Both the position numbers and the translations under genes were made by a program. Source: an uncultured SAR86 cluster bacterium (GTDB lineage Bacteria > Pseudomonadota > Gammaproteobacteria > Magnimaribacterales > AG-339-G14). From it: a stretch of 64,000 nt of DNA. The stretch covers positions 156,209 to 220,208 of the forward strand of contig CACEOL010000001.1 in the NCBI GenBank assembly GCA_902561325.1, written 5' to 3'. Of this stretch, positions 10,624-19,683 are shown one piece after another. The notes beneath the pieces are model-generated. The model was not told the DNA's origin. It saw nothing but the letters and a program-made list of their open reading frames with translations, and did no database searches. Numbering within the stretch: position 1 is the first letter of the stretch; each line of letters begins with the position of its first letter.

Positions 10624-11394
10624 ATGCAAGCAAAAAAAAGATTTGGGCAGAACTTCTTAACAGACAAAAAAATATTAGAGGATTTAGTAAGTCTTATTAA
10701 TGTATCTAATCAGGATAAATTTTTGGAAATTGGTCCGGGTAAAGGTGATTTAACAGAAAACTTAATTAGCTTATGTGACGCCTACTTTGGAGTGGAAGTA
10801 GATAAAGATTTATTGGTTTTTTTAAGAAATAAGTTTCCAGAAAATAAAAAAGCCTTTATCAATGGAGATATTTTAAAGCTACATCCCTCAAAAATTTATT
10901 CTTCAAATAAATTTAGAGTTGTCGGAAATATTCCATACAACATATCAAGTCCTATCTTAGATTGGTGCGAAAAGTATTATGAAAAAATACACGATATACA
11001 TTTTATGCTTCAAAAAGAGTTTGCTCTAAGATGTGCTGGAAGTGAAGTGACTTCATCTTATGGCAGGCTAAGCGTTATTTGTAACTATTTATATGAAGTC
11101 ACAATTTTAAAAGAAGTTTCAAAAGATTTTTTTAATCCTATACCCAAAGTAGATAGTTTATTTGTAAGGTTTTCTCCAAAGAAAAAAGAAATTGATCAAA
11201 AAGAGTTAAGTAGCTTAAAACAAGTTACGAGAGCCTTATTCAATAAAAAGAGAAAAAAAATTTCTAATTCTCTTGAGGATGTTCTTCAAAAGGAAAGCTT
11301 CAATAAACTAGATTTGAATTTAAACCTTCGCCCAGACGAACTTTCTTTGGGTGAATATCTTCAAATATCTTCATTGGTAAAAGACGATGGCTAA
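10624..11394 (+). CDS. rsmA: 16S rRNA (adenine1518/1519-N6)-dimethyltransferase
   Basis: 256 aa. Has KRFGQNFL, EIGPGKGDLT and VVGNIPYNISSPIL. Confidence 0.95.
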   Translation: MQAKKRFGQNFLTDKKILEDLVSLINVSNQDKFLEIGPGKGDLTENLISLCDAYFGVEVDKDLLVFLRNKFPENKKAFINGDILKLHPSKIYSSNKFRVVGNIPYNISSPILDWCEKYYEKIHDIHFMLQKEFALRCAGSEVTSSYGRLSVICNYLYEVTILKEVSKDFFNPIPKVDSLFVRFSPKKKEIDQKELSSLKQVTRALFNKKRKKISNSLEDVLQKESFNKLDLNLNLRPDELSLGEYLQISSLVKDDG

Positions 11395-12205
11395 TTACGT
11401 AGTCGGAGATATTCAAGGATGTTTCGAAGAGTTTAAAAATGGTTTGAATCTTATAAAGTTTAAGAGTTCAAAAGACTTTTTGTGGATTACAGGTGATTTG
11501 GTTAATAGAGGTCCAGATTCTTTAAAAGTTCTAGAACATGTAATGAAAATTAAAAATTCAGTTCATATAGTCCTAGGTAATCACGACCTACATTATTTAA
11601 ATTGTTTTTTTAACAAAAAAAAACTTAATGACGATGATACTTTTCAATCTCTCATGATTCATAAAAAAAATACAAAAATGGCTCAGTTTCTTTTAAATCA
11701 ACCTTTTGTATTCTCAAAAAAAATTCTTACAAAAAAAAAGGTCATTAAAGTTGCCATGGTTCACGCGGGCATTCCAAGGAATATGACACTTAAAAAAACT
11801 GAAACTTTATCCAAGCTTTGCAGTTTGGAATTAATTAAAAATCCTACAAACAGTTTAAAAAAAATTTTTGAAGACAAGAAAAATTTTCTGGCAGTTGATA
11901 CTTTTAGTGGTTTAGTTAATTTTTTTACAAGAGTTAGAGTAATAAATAAAAATGGATTGCCTAATTTCACTTTTAAGGGAAGAAAAAAGAACATTCCTTC
12001 AAATTTAGCTCCTTGGTTTAAAAAAGAAAATAAAATAATGGATGACCTGGACTTTTTGGTATTTGGCCATTGGGCGGCTCTTCAAGGCAAAACAGATATA
12101 TCTAACATTATCGCCTTAGATACTGGATGTTGTTGGGGAAAAGAACTAACATTTTTAAGATTAGAAGATCAAAAAAAATTTGTGATAAAAAGTAAGCAAG
12201 GATGA
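11387..12205 (+). CDS. apaH: Bis(5'-nucleosyl)-tetraphosphatase, symmetrical
   Basis: 272 aa. Has VGDIQGC, GDLVNRGPDS and GNHD metallophosphatase motifs. No apaG gene lies between rsmA and apaH. Confidence 0.9.
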   Translation: MANYVVGDIQGCFEEFKNGLNLIKFKSSKDFLWITGDLVNRGPDSLKVLEHVMKIKNSVHIVLGNHDLHYLNCFFNKKKLNDDDTFQSLMIHKKNTKMAQFLLNQPFVFSKKILTKKKVIKVAMVHAGIPRNMTLKKTETLSKLCSLELIKNPTNSLKKIFEDKKNFLAVDTFSGLVNFFTRVRVINKNGLPNFTFKGRKKNIPSNLAPWFKKENKIMDDLDFLVFGHWAALQGKTDISNIIALDTGCCWGKELTFLRLEDQKKFVIKSKQG

Positions 12206-13281
12206 AAATTTTCTTAGTAGGCGGAGCTATAAGGGATGAGTTATTAGGCATTCCTTTCAATGAAAAAGATTGGGTTGTTGTAAATTCGTCTCACAAAGAA
12301 ATGATAAAACAGGGTTTTAAACAAGTAGGAAAGAACTTTCCGGTTTATTTACATCCTAAAACAAAAGAGGAATATGCTTTAGCAAGAAAAGAAAGAAAAA
12401 CAGGAAAAGGTCATAAGAATTTTTCTTTTAATACTAAATCAAACATTTCTCTTAAAGAAGATTTAAAGAGAAGAGATATTACGATTAATGCTATTGCTAA
12501 AGATGAATCTGGAAAATTATATGATCCTTTTGGTGGAATTAAAGACCTAAAAGATAGAAAAATAAGAATAGTTTCAAAAGCTTTCTCTGAGGACCCTTTG
12601 AGGCTCTTTAGAGTTGCAAGATTTAAATCAAAACTTTCTGATTTAAATTTTTCAATTTCACAAAATACTTTGGAAGTTTTAAAGAAAATGTCTTCAAGTA
12701 ATGAAATCAACTTTCTTTCAGGAGAAAGAATATGGGATGAAACGCAAAAGGCTCTTAATTATAAAAATTCTAGTAAATATTTTTCTACTCTGAAAAAAGT
12801 AGAGGCGCTCAAATATTTTGACGGACTTGAAAAGACCTACTATAAAAATTTAAAGTTTCTTAAAAAAATGGATAACGAAAGAAATATGGTTATTGAAAAA
12901 TGGGCGATAATTAATCTAAATTCCAGTAAATCAGAAGTACTAGAAAAAAAGATTAGGGTACCAAATAAAATTTCAAGTTTTAGAAAAACTTTTAATGAAA
13001 TTTTTCAATTAATTAAAAATAAAAATATTAACGAAAAAAAACTTCTATCTAGCCTGAATGGTATGAACTTTTTTAGAAACGAAACGAATTTATTAAATTC
13101 ATTAAATTTACTTCAAAGGTTAAAAATAATTTCATCTAAAAAAAATAAAAATTGGAAGTCTCTCTTACATAATCTGAAAAAAATCAAAGTAAAAACTTCT
13201 GGTTTAAGAGCAGAAGAAATAAAAGAAAAAATTTTTCAAGAGAGACTGAAAGTAATTAAGGAAAGTAAAAATGACTTATAA
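12202..13281 (+). CDS. cca: CCA-adding tRNA nucleotidyltransferase (no recognisable HD domain)
   Basis: 359 aa. Has MKIFLVGGAIRDELLG, RRDITINA and DPLRLFRVARF. The C-terminal half is K/N-rich and lacks the H..HD..D motifs. Confidence 0.8.
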   Translation: MKIFLVGGAIRDELLGIPFNEKDWVVVNSSHKEMIKQGFKQVGKNFPVYLHPKTKEEYALARKERKTGKGHKNFSFNTKSNISLKEDLKRRDITINAIAKDESGKLYDPFGGIKDLKDRKIRIVSKAFSEDPLRLFRVARFKSKLSDLNFSISQNTLEVLKKMSSSNEINFLSGERIWDETQKALNYKNSSKYFSTLKKVEALKYFDGLEKTYYKNLKFLKKMDNERNMVIEKWAIINLNSSKSEVLEKKIRVPNKISSFRKTFNEIFQLIKNKNINEKKLLSSLNGMNFFRNETNLLNSLNLLQRLKIISSKKNKNWKSLLHNLKKIKVKTSGLRAEEIKEKIFQERLKVIKESKNDL

Positions 13282-13993
13282 AACTGCCTTAATCACTGGA
13301 GGAGCAATAAGAATTGGTAAAGATATTTGCAAAAAGCTTCATGAAAATGGTTACAACATTATTTGTCATTACAATAAATCAGAAAATGAAGCAAAAGACC
13401 TTAAATCAGAATTAAACCAATTAAGAGAAAATAGCTGTGAAATTTTTTGTTTAGATCTTAATGACTTGGAGCAAGTAGAAGAGCTCATAACCAAGATTAG
13501 CAATAATTTTAATTCTCTAGACGTTTTGGTAAATAACGCTTCTTCTTTTTTTAAAACAGATATAGAAAATCATGACGATTCTGATTGGGATGACCTAATT
13601 AACTCAAATTTACGAGGTCCATTTTTATTATCAAGGCACTGCAAAAAAATACTTTCAAAATCTAATGGGTTAATAATTAATATATCTGATGCGATGGTCA
13701 ATAGAGGAATGAAAAACTACGTAATTTATTCTATGGCAAAAGCAGGACTTGAAAATTTAACCAAAACACTTGCACGAGAGTTTGCTCCTGAAGTGAGAGT
13801 AAATGCCGTTGCTCCTGGAGCAATATTATTGCCATCAGATGGATCTTCAGTAGAAGAAGAACTGATTAACGAAATTCCTTTGAACAGAATTGGAACAGAA
13901 AAAGATATTTCTGAGGTAGTAGTTGGGTTGACTAAATTTACTTATGTTACAGGTCAGATACTAAAAATTGATGGCGGCAGATCTTTAAATTGA
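13271..13993 (+). CDS. Pteridine reductase-like SDR (PTR1/FolM type)
   Basis: 240 aa. The stretch ALITGGAIRIGKDICKKLHENGYNIICHYNKSENEAKDL resembles the PTR1/FolM N-terminus, and YSMAK is present. Folate genes folB and folK lie nearby. Confidence 0.6.
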   Translation: MTYKTALITGGAIRIGKDICKKLHENGYNIICHYNKSENEAKDLKSELNQLRENSCEIFCLDLNDLEQVEELITKISNNFNSLDVLVNNASSFFKTDIENHDDSDWDDLINSNLRGPFLLSRHCKKILSKSNGLIINISDAMVNRGMKNYVIYSMAKAGLENLTKTLAREFAPEVRVNAVAPGAILLPSDGSSVEEELINEIPLNRIGTEKDISEVVVGLTKFTYVTGQILKIDGGRSLN

Positions 13994-14020
13994 TGTATAT
14001 TTACTTTTTTTGAAAAAATC

Positions 14021-15070
14021 ATGAATAGTAAATTTAAAGGGGAGTATTCAGGTACAAAAAATGTATCTGAAAGACATGAAATTAGTCAAAATAAACTTCA
14101 AGAATATCTCAATGATAATGTAGAAAGCTTTGGGAAATTAAATTCAATTGAAGAATTTGTTGGAGGCCAATCCAATCCAACTTATCTTTTAAAAACCCAA
14201 GATAAATCTTATGTTCTAAGAAGAAAGCCTCCAGGAAAACTTTTAAAATCTGCTCATGCAGTTGATAGAGAATACAAAGTAATTGCAGCTTTGAATAAAA
14301 CTGATGTACCAGTCCCCAAAGCCTTCTTACACTGCGAAGACGAGTCGGTTATTGGAACAGAATTCTTCCTGATGAGTTTTGTAGATGGGGAAGTAATGTG
14401 GGAGCCTCATATTCCGCAAGCATCTAATGAAGAAAGACAAAAGATTTATCATTCAATGAACGAGACAATCGCAATGTTACATAGTGTTGATCATGAAAGT
14501 ATTGGGCTAGAAACTTTTGGAAAACCTGGAAATTATGTTGGCCGACAGGTTGCAAGATGGTCCAAACAATACGTGGCATCGGAAACTAGAGAAATTAAAT
14601 CTATGAATAATCTTATGGAGTGGTTACCAAAAAATCTACCTGCCGAAAAAGCCACAAAACTTGTTCATGGCGACTTTAGTTTAAGTAACGTCATGATTGA
14701 CTTAAAAACCTTTAAGATTTGTGCAATATTAGACTGGGAACTTTCCACGCTTGGTGATCCTGCTGCAGATTTTAGTTATCACTGTATTCAATACAAGCTA
14801 AATCCGGTTTTGTCGGACGAAAAACAATGTAAAGATTTAGGCATCCCTACTGAAATGGAATATCTGAAAATGTATGAAGAGAAAACTGGCTATCAAATAG
14901 CGCCTGAGTGGAATTTATATATGGGATTTAATTTATTTAAATTAGCAGCTATCAGTCAAGGAATTATGGGCAGGGTCAGAGATGGAACAGCAGCAGGTAA
15001 AAATGCTGACTCTTTTGGTGAAAATGCAGTTATGATGGCTGATGCAGCATGGAAATTAATTAACGAGTGA
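14021..15070 (+). CDS. APH-fold phosphotransferase of the ACAD10/ACAD11 N-terminal kinase type (stand-alone)
   Basis: 349 aa. Has FVGGQSNPTYLL, VLRRKPPGKLLKSAHAVDREYKV, HGDFSLSNVM and LDWELS. Confidence 0.75.
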   Translation: MNSKFKGEYSGTKNVSERHEISQNKLQEYLNDNVESFGKLNSIEEFVGGQSNPTYLLKTQDKSYVLRRKPPGKLLKSAHAVDREYKVIAALNKTDVPVPKAFLHCEDESVIGTEFFLMSFVDGEVMWEPHIPQASNEERQKIYHSMNETIAMLHSVDHESIGLETFGKPGNYVGRQVARWSKQYVASETREIKSMNNLMEWLPKNLPAEKATKLVHGDFSLSNVMIDLKTFKICAILDWELSTLGDPAADFSYHCIQYKLNPVLSDEKQCKDLGIPTEMEYLKMYEEKTGYQIAPEWNLYMGFNLFKLAAISQGIMGRVRDGTAAGKNADSFGENAVMMADAAWKLINE

Positions 15071-15077
15071 GGTAAAA

Positions 15078-15560
15078 ATGTCAAAAATAAAAATGCCAGT
15101 CGAAAAAAGCCACATCATGATGTTTGCAAGGTCAATTGGAGATGCAAATCCTAAATATTATGAAGAAAAAGATGAAAATGTTATTGCTCCTCCTACTTTT
15201 ATTCAATCTAGTGCTCAATTTGATCCTGACTATTTCTTAAGACCAAAAATTGGTGGTGATAATTGGTTTGGATCTGGGAAAGAAGCTTCAGGAATGAAAT
15301 CATCAGGTTCTGGCTCCGGAGGTGGTGGAGCTGCTATGGGACTGCATGCTGAGCAGCATTATGAATATCATCAACCTTTGAAAGTGGGTGATGTCATCAG
15401 CGCTGAAGTTAAACCAGGAAAATCTTGGGAAAAAGAAAGTAAAAGAGCAGGGAAATTAAAATTTAGTGAAAGTGTAACTGAATACAGAAATCAAGATGGC
15501 GAACTAATTATCACTGCAACTTCTGTTGGTGTGGTAACAGAAAAACCTGTAGAAAATTAG
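15078..15560 (+). CDS. MaoC-dehydratase N-terminal-domain (hotdog) protein with a Gly/Ser-rich insert
   Basis: 160 aa. Pattern MMFARSIGDANPKY...HAEQHYEYHQPLKVGD. Insert SGKEASGMKSSGSGSGGGGAAMG. Paired with the following MaoC gene. Confidence 0.6.
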   Translation: MSKIKMPVEKSHIMMFARSIGDANPKYYEEKDENVIAPPTFIQSSAQFDPDYFLRPKIGGDNWFGSGKEASGMKSSGSGSGGGGAAMGLHAEQHYEYHQPLKVGDVISAEVKPGKSWEKESKRAGKLKFSESVTEYRNQDGELIITATSVGVVTEKPVEN

Positions 15561-15569
15561 GAGAAGGAT

Positions 15570-15986
15570 ATGTTGAAGAAAAATGAAATTAAAGTTGGAG
15601 ATACTTACTCTGAAAAAATCGTAGAAGATTTGAAAAGAACGCAAATAGTACAATATGCTGGTGCATCTGGAGACTACAATCCTCTTCATTCAGATGATAA
15701 GTTCACCAAAGAAATCGCTGGTTATCCAGGAGTATTTGCTCATGGAATGTTATCAATGGGAATGACGGGTAAAATGCTTACAAACTTTGTTGGTGACGGT
15801 ACGCTTAAAAAATATGGCGTTCGTTTTACCAATCAAGTTTGGCCTGGAGATTCTCTAGAAAGCACCGCAACAATCATAGATATTAAAGAAGAAGACGGTG
15901 AAACCCTTGCGGAAATTGCTATCGAAACAAAGAATCAAGACGGTGCTACCGTTATTACTGGTTCTGCTACTGCAAAAGTCGGTTAA
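15570..15986 (+). CDS. MaoC-like (R)-specific enoyl-CoA hydratase/dehydratase
   Basis: 138 aa. Has YAGASGDYNPLHSD and FAHGML, the hydratase 2 motif. Confidence 0.8.
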   Translation: MLKKNEIKVGDTYSEKIVEDLKRTQIVQYAGASGDYNPLHSDDKFTKEIAGYPGVFAHGMLSMGMTGKMLTNFVGDGTLKKYGVRFTNQVWPGDSLESTATIIDIKEEDGETLAEIAIETKNQDGATVITGSATAKVG

Positions 15987-15998
15987 TAACTGAATTTT

Positions 15999-17597
15999 AT
16001 GAATAATCCTTCTATGCCAGAGGTTGGCGGACGTAGTGCAAAATTTGCTCTTATTTTGCTTGTAATAGTCTATGTTTTCAATTTTATAGACAGACAAATC
16101 TTAACTATTCTCGCTGAAGATTTAAAAGCAGATTTAAATATCTCTGACAGTGATATTGGATTTTTGTATGGAACAGCTTTTGCAGTATTTTACTCAGTGG
16201 TTGGGATTCCAATGGGTAAATTGGCTGATACTTGGAATAGAAAAAATTTAATAAGTTTAGGTTTGGCTTTTTGGAGTTTGATGACGTTTTTATCAGGAAC
16301 AGCAAAATCCTTTTTATCATTATCAATTTACAGGTTTGGTGTTGGCATTGGAGAATCGAGTGCCTCTCCAGCATCTTATTCACTTTTATCAGACTATTTC
16401 TCTCCAAAAGTAAGAGCAACAGTATTATCGATATACGCAAGCGGACTATACATAGGTTCTGGAATAGGAATATTTATTGGCGGGCTGATAGTAGACAATT
16501 GGAATGAAGCTTTTCCAATAATATCTGAAGCTCCCTTTGGATTAAAAGGATGGCAAGTGGCTTTTATGGCAGTTGGCCTTCCAGGAATTTTACTGGCCCT
16601 AATAACATGGCAAATAAAAGAACCTCCCAGAGGGCTAAGCGAAGGCTTAACAGAAACCAAAAAAGAGAATCCCCTTAAGGCAGCTTTTGGAGAACTGGTA
16701 GGATTAACTCCTATTGGACTGCTTCAAGCTGAAAATAAACAAAAAGAGTTAATAAGAAATTTTGCTTTGCTAATTTTTGTTTTGTCAGGAGCATACTGGT
16801 TGATTCAAACAACGGGAGATTATTTGCAATGGATTGCCTTTGGCATAGGTTTTTATATTGTGTGTAATTGGATTCAAGGACTAAGAATTAGAGATAAAGT
16901 TGCTTTTGAGTTGATGTTCAAAAGTAAGGCACTGTTTCTTAGTCTGTTAGCTTTTCCTTTCATTACTTTTGTTACCTATGCATTGGGAGCGTTTGGTCCT
17001 GCTTTTTACATAAGAAATTTCGGTATGACGGCCTCTGAAGTAGGTGTAATCTATGGTTTGATAACTGCTTTTGGATCCATGGTAGGAGTAATTGGAGGTG
17101 GTTTTATTGGAGATAAACTAAGAGAAAAATACATAAATGGAAAGCTATATTTGATAATGGCTTCTGCCCTAGGTACGGCAATTACAGGTTTGGGATTTTT
17201 GTATTCTCCTGAGGCTAATGTTTCTTTTGCATGGAAATTTTTCTATCATGTTTCTTCAACTGCTTGGTTAGGCTGTGCTGCATCAACAGTAACTGAGCTT
17301 GTTTTGCCAAGATTAAGAGCAGTGGCAAGTGCATTTTTTATTTTAATGCTTAGTATGGGTGGACTAGCTCTAGGACCATATCTGACAGGTATGTTGAGTG
17401 ATATTTACACAGTACAATTTCTTGCTGAAGGGATGAACAAATCAATGTCAGAAGCAATTGGGTTAAAACAAGCTCTTGCTCAATCCTTGATAGTTTTATT
17501 AGTACCTATTGTTTTATTAGGTATTGCTTGTAGATTTTTGAAAAAAGACGAAGAAAATCTTTTTGCAAAAGCGAGAAGTTTAGGCGAAGCCATTTAA
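15999..17597 (+). CDS. MFS transporter (Spinster-like, 532 aa)
   Basis: About 12 predicted hydrophobic segments. Has DRQILTILAEDLKADL and GKLADTWNRK (an MFS loop 2-3 motif). Confidence 0.8.
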   Translation: MNNPSMPEVGGRSAKFALILLVIVYVFNFIDRQILTILAEDLKADLNISDSDIGFLYGTAFAVFYSVVGIPMGKLADTWNRKNLISLGLAFWSLMTFLSGTAKSFLSLSIYRFGVGIGESSASPASYSLLSDYFSPKVRATVLSIYASGLYIGSGIGIFIGGLIVDNWNEAFPIISEAPFGLKGWQVAFMAVGLPGILLALITWQIKEPPRGLSEGLTETKKENPLKAAFGELVGLTPIGLLQAENKQKELIRNFALLIFVLSGAYWLIQTTGDYLQWIAFGIGFYIVCNWIQGLRIRDKVAFELMFKSKALFLSLLAFPFITFVTYALGAFGPAFYIRNFGMTASEVGVIYGLITAFGSMVGVIGGGFIGDKLREKYINGKLYLIMASALGTAITGLGFLYSPEANVSFAWKFFYHVSSTAWLGCAASTVTELVLPRLRAVASAFFILMLSMGGLALGPYLTGMLSDIYTVQFLAEGMNKSMSEAIGLKQALAQSLIVLLVPIVLLGIACRFLKKDEENLFAKARSLGEAI

Positions 17598-18041
17598 CTT
17601 CTTTTTCCAAATTTCTGAGATTTTTTCTTGATGCCTCGGATGTATCAAGTCAGGGGCAATTTCTGCTAAAGGCTCTAGGACAAATCTGTATAAATCGATG
17701 TCTTTATGAGGTATATCTTTGCCTAAAGCTTTGCCTACGTATTTTCCATAAAGCAACAAATCAATATCTATTTCTCTATCGGAAAACTTTTTTGACCTAT
17801 CTTTTCTGCCAATTTTTTTTTCGATGTCTTTCAATGAAGCAACCACCATATCTGGAGAATCTTCAGTTATAAGACAAATTACTTGATTAAGAAAATCTTC
17901 ACCTTCAAAGCCTTCTGATTTTGTTTTATATGTTTTGGATTCTTTTTCTAATTGGTACTCCTGACTTAAAAGTTCTTTTGCTTTATTTAAATTTTCCTCT
18001 GGCTTAATGTTACTGCCAAGACTTAAATATATTTTGGGCAT
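17580..18041 (-). CDS. folK: 2-amino-4-hydroxy-6-hydroxymethyldihydropteridine pyrophosphokinase
   Basis: 153 aa. Has IYLSLGSNI, REIDIDLLLY and PHKDI..R.FVL.PL. Its 3' end overlaps the MFS gene by 18 nt. Confidence 0.9.
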   Translation of the reverse strand: MPKIYLSLGSNIKPEENLNKAKELLSQEYQLEKESKTYKTKSEGFEGEDFLNQVICLITEDSPDMVVASLKDIEKKIGRKDRSKKFSDREIDIDLLLYGKYVGKALGKDIPHKDIDLYRFVLEPLAEIAPDLIHPRHQEKISEIWKKKLNGFA

Positions 18042-18394
18042 TATCTTGAGCGGAAAATTGTAAGCCCTACTTCTTTTGATCCACGAAGAGCACCAGGCTT
18101 GGATACAGATAGAGAAAGATTTATTACCCTTTCGTCTTGCATAATAATTTTTGCAACTTTTTCAGCAAGAGCTTCAATAAGTTGAAAAGATGATTTTTCT
18201 ACAAATTTTATGATTTTTTTTGATGTGGTTTTATAGTCAAAAGTATCTTCTATATTGTCTGACTTAAAAGCTTTTTTGATATCGACTTCTACTTCGTAAG
18301 ATATTTTTATGAGTTGCTTAACCTCTCTCTCCCAGTCAAAGATTCCAATTATGGCTTCAATTTCTAAATCATTTACAAAAATTTTATTGGACAT
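18041..18394 (-). CDS. folB: Dihydroneopterin aldolase
   Basis: 117 aa. Has IGIFDWEREVKQ and DTFDY. Adjacent to folK. Confidence 0.85.
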   Translation of the reverse strand: MSNKIFVNDLEIEAIIGIFDWEREVKQLIKISYEVEVDIKKAFKSDNIEDTFDYKTTSKKIIKFVEKSSFQLIEALAEKVAKIIMQDERVINLSLSVSKPGALRGSKEVGLTIFRSR

Positions 18395-19400
18395 TTTCTA
18401 AACTCCATCTTGGTGCAACATCAATACTAAAATCTTTGGTCTGCTCTTTAATTTTTTGGAAACCTGCAAAGGCAATCATCAGCCCATTATCGGTACAGTG
18501 TTTTTGATCTGGATAATAAAGATTAATTTTTCCTTTGTGCTTTTCTAGTTCTTCTCTAAGGTATTTGTTAGCAGCAACTCCACCTGATAGAACAAGTGAT
18601 TGACTACGTTCAATTAGGCATGCTTTTAGGGATTTTTTAACCAGACAATCTATTGCAGCATTTTGAAATTCAAAAGCAATATCGTTTACAGTATCCTCTG
18701 TAAGGTCTACTTTTTCAGATAAATCCTTCACTTTATAAAGTACAGAAGTTTTTAAACCGCTAAAACTAAAATTTAAGTCCTTGGAATCAATCATGGGTCG
18801 TGGGAAAGAAAAAAGATGTTTTCCTTTAGATAGCAAAGCTCTTTTTTCAATTTCTGGGCCACCTGGGTAACCCAATTTCAATAATTTTGCTGTTTTATCA
18901 AAAGCCTCCCCCACAGCATCATCTTTTGTTTGTCCAATGACTTTATATGCATTGGGTGAAGAAACTTTAACTATTAAAGTATGTCCTCCTGAGACTAATA
19001 AGCTAATAAAAGGATAAGTTAAATCTTCTGCATCGTATTTTGCCATTATCAAATGTGCTTCCATATGATGTATTGGTATCACAGGAATATCTAAGGCATA
19101 AGATAAAGAGTTTGCAAAGCCTGCTCCAACCATTAAAGGACCCCTTAAACCAGGGCCATTAGTAAACGCAATTGCTTCTATCTCTTTCATGGAGATACTT
19201 GAATCTTTCATTTTATTTTTTAATAAAGGCAAGAGCCGATTAATGTGATCTCTAGCGGCTAACTCAGGAACTACCCCTCCATACAAATCGTGCTCTTCTG
19301 CCTGACTGTATAAAGCTTCGAATACAATTTGATTGGCTTTACCGTCATATAAAGCAATTCCAGTTTCATCGCATGAAGTCTCTATTCCCAATATTTTCAT
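18384..19400 (-). CDS. tsaD: tRNA N6-adenosine threonylcarbamoyltransferase
   Basis: 338 aa. Has ILGIETSCDETGIA, HHMEAH and SGGVAAN. Divergent from rpsU, as in many Gammaproteobacteria. Confidence 0.95.
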   Translation of the reverse strand: MKILGIETSCDETGIALYDGKANQIVFEALYSQAEEHDLYGGVVPELAARDHINRLLPLLKNKMKDSSISMKEIEAIAFTNGPGLRGPLMVGAGFANSLSYALDIPVIPIHHMEAHLIMAKYDAEDLTYPFISLLVSGGHTLIVKVSSPNAYKVIGQTKDDAVGEAFDKTAKLLKLGYPGGPEIEKRALLSKGKHLFSFPRPMIDSKDLNFSFSGLKTSVLYKVKDLSEKVDLTEDTVNDIAFEFQNAAIDCLVKKSLKACLIERSQSLVLSGGVAANKYLREELEKHKGKINLYYPDQKHCTDNGLMIAFAGFQKIKEQTKDFSIDVAPRWSLENVQ

Positions 19401-19464
19401 TTAAATTAAAAGTTATTTTGCAAAATATCTTAACTCTCTATAGAATTGCCTGCCTAATATAAAT

Positions 19465-19683
19465 ATGCCTATTATAAAGCTAAAAGATAACGAATCTTTC
19501 GATTCTGGACTCAGGAGATTTAAAAGGTCTTGTGATAAAGCTGGAATCATTTCTGAAATAAGAAAAAGAGAATTTTACGAAAAACCTACCTCTGTTAGGA
19601 AAAGAAAAGCTGCAGCAGCAGTTAAAAGACAAGCTAAAAGAAGAAAGTTCGGCAAAATGCCGCCTTTGAGAGCAAGAGTCTAA
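19465..19683 (+). CDS. rpsU: 30S ribosomal protein S21
   Basis: 72 aa. Matches the pattern [28 protein letters not shown]...[11 protein letters not shown]. Confidence 0.95.
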   Translation: MPIIKLKDNESFDSGLRRFKRSCDKAGIISEIRKREFYEKPTSVRKRKAAAAVKRQAKRRKFGKMPPLRARV

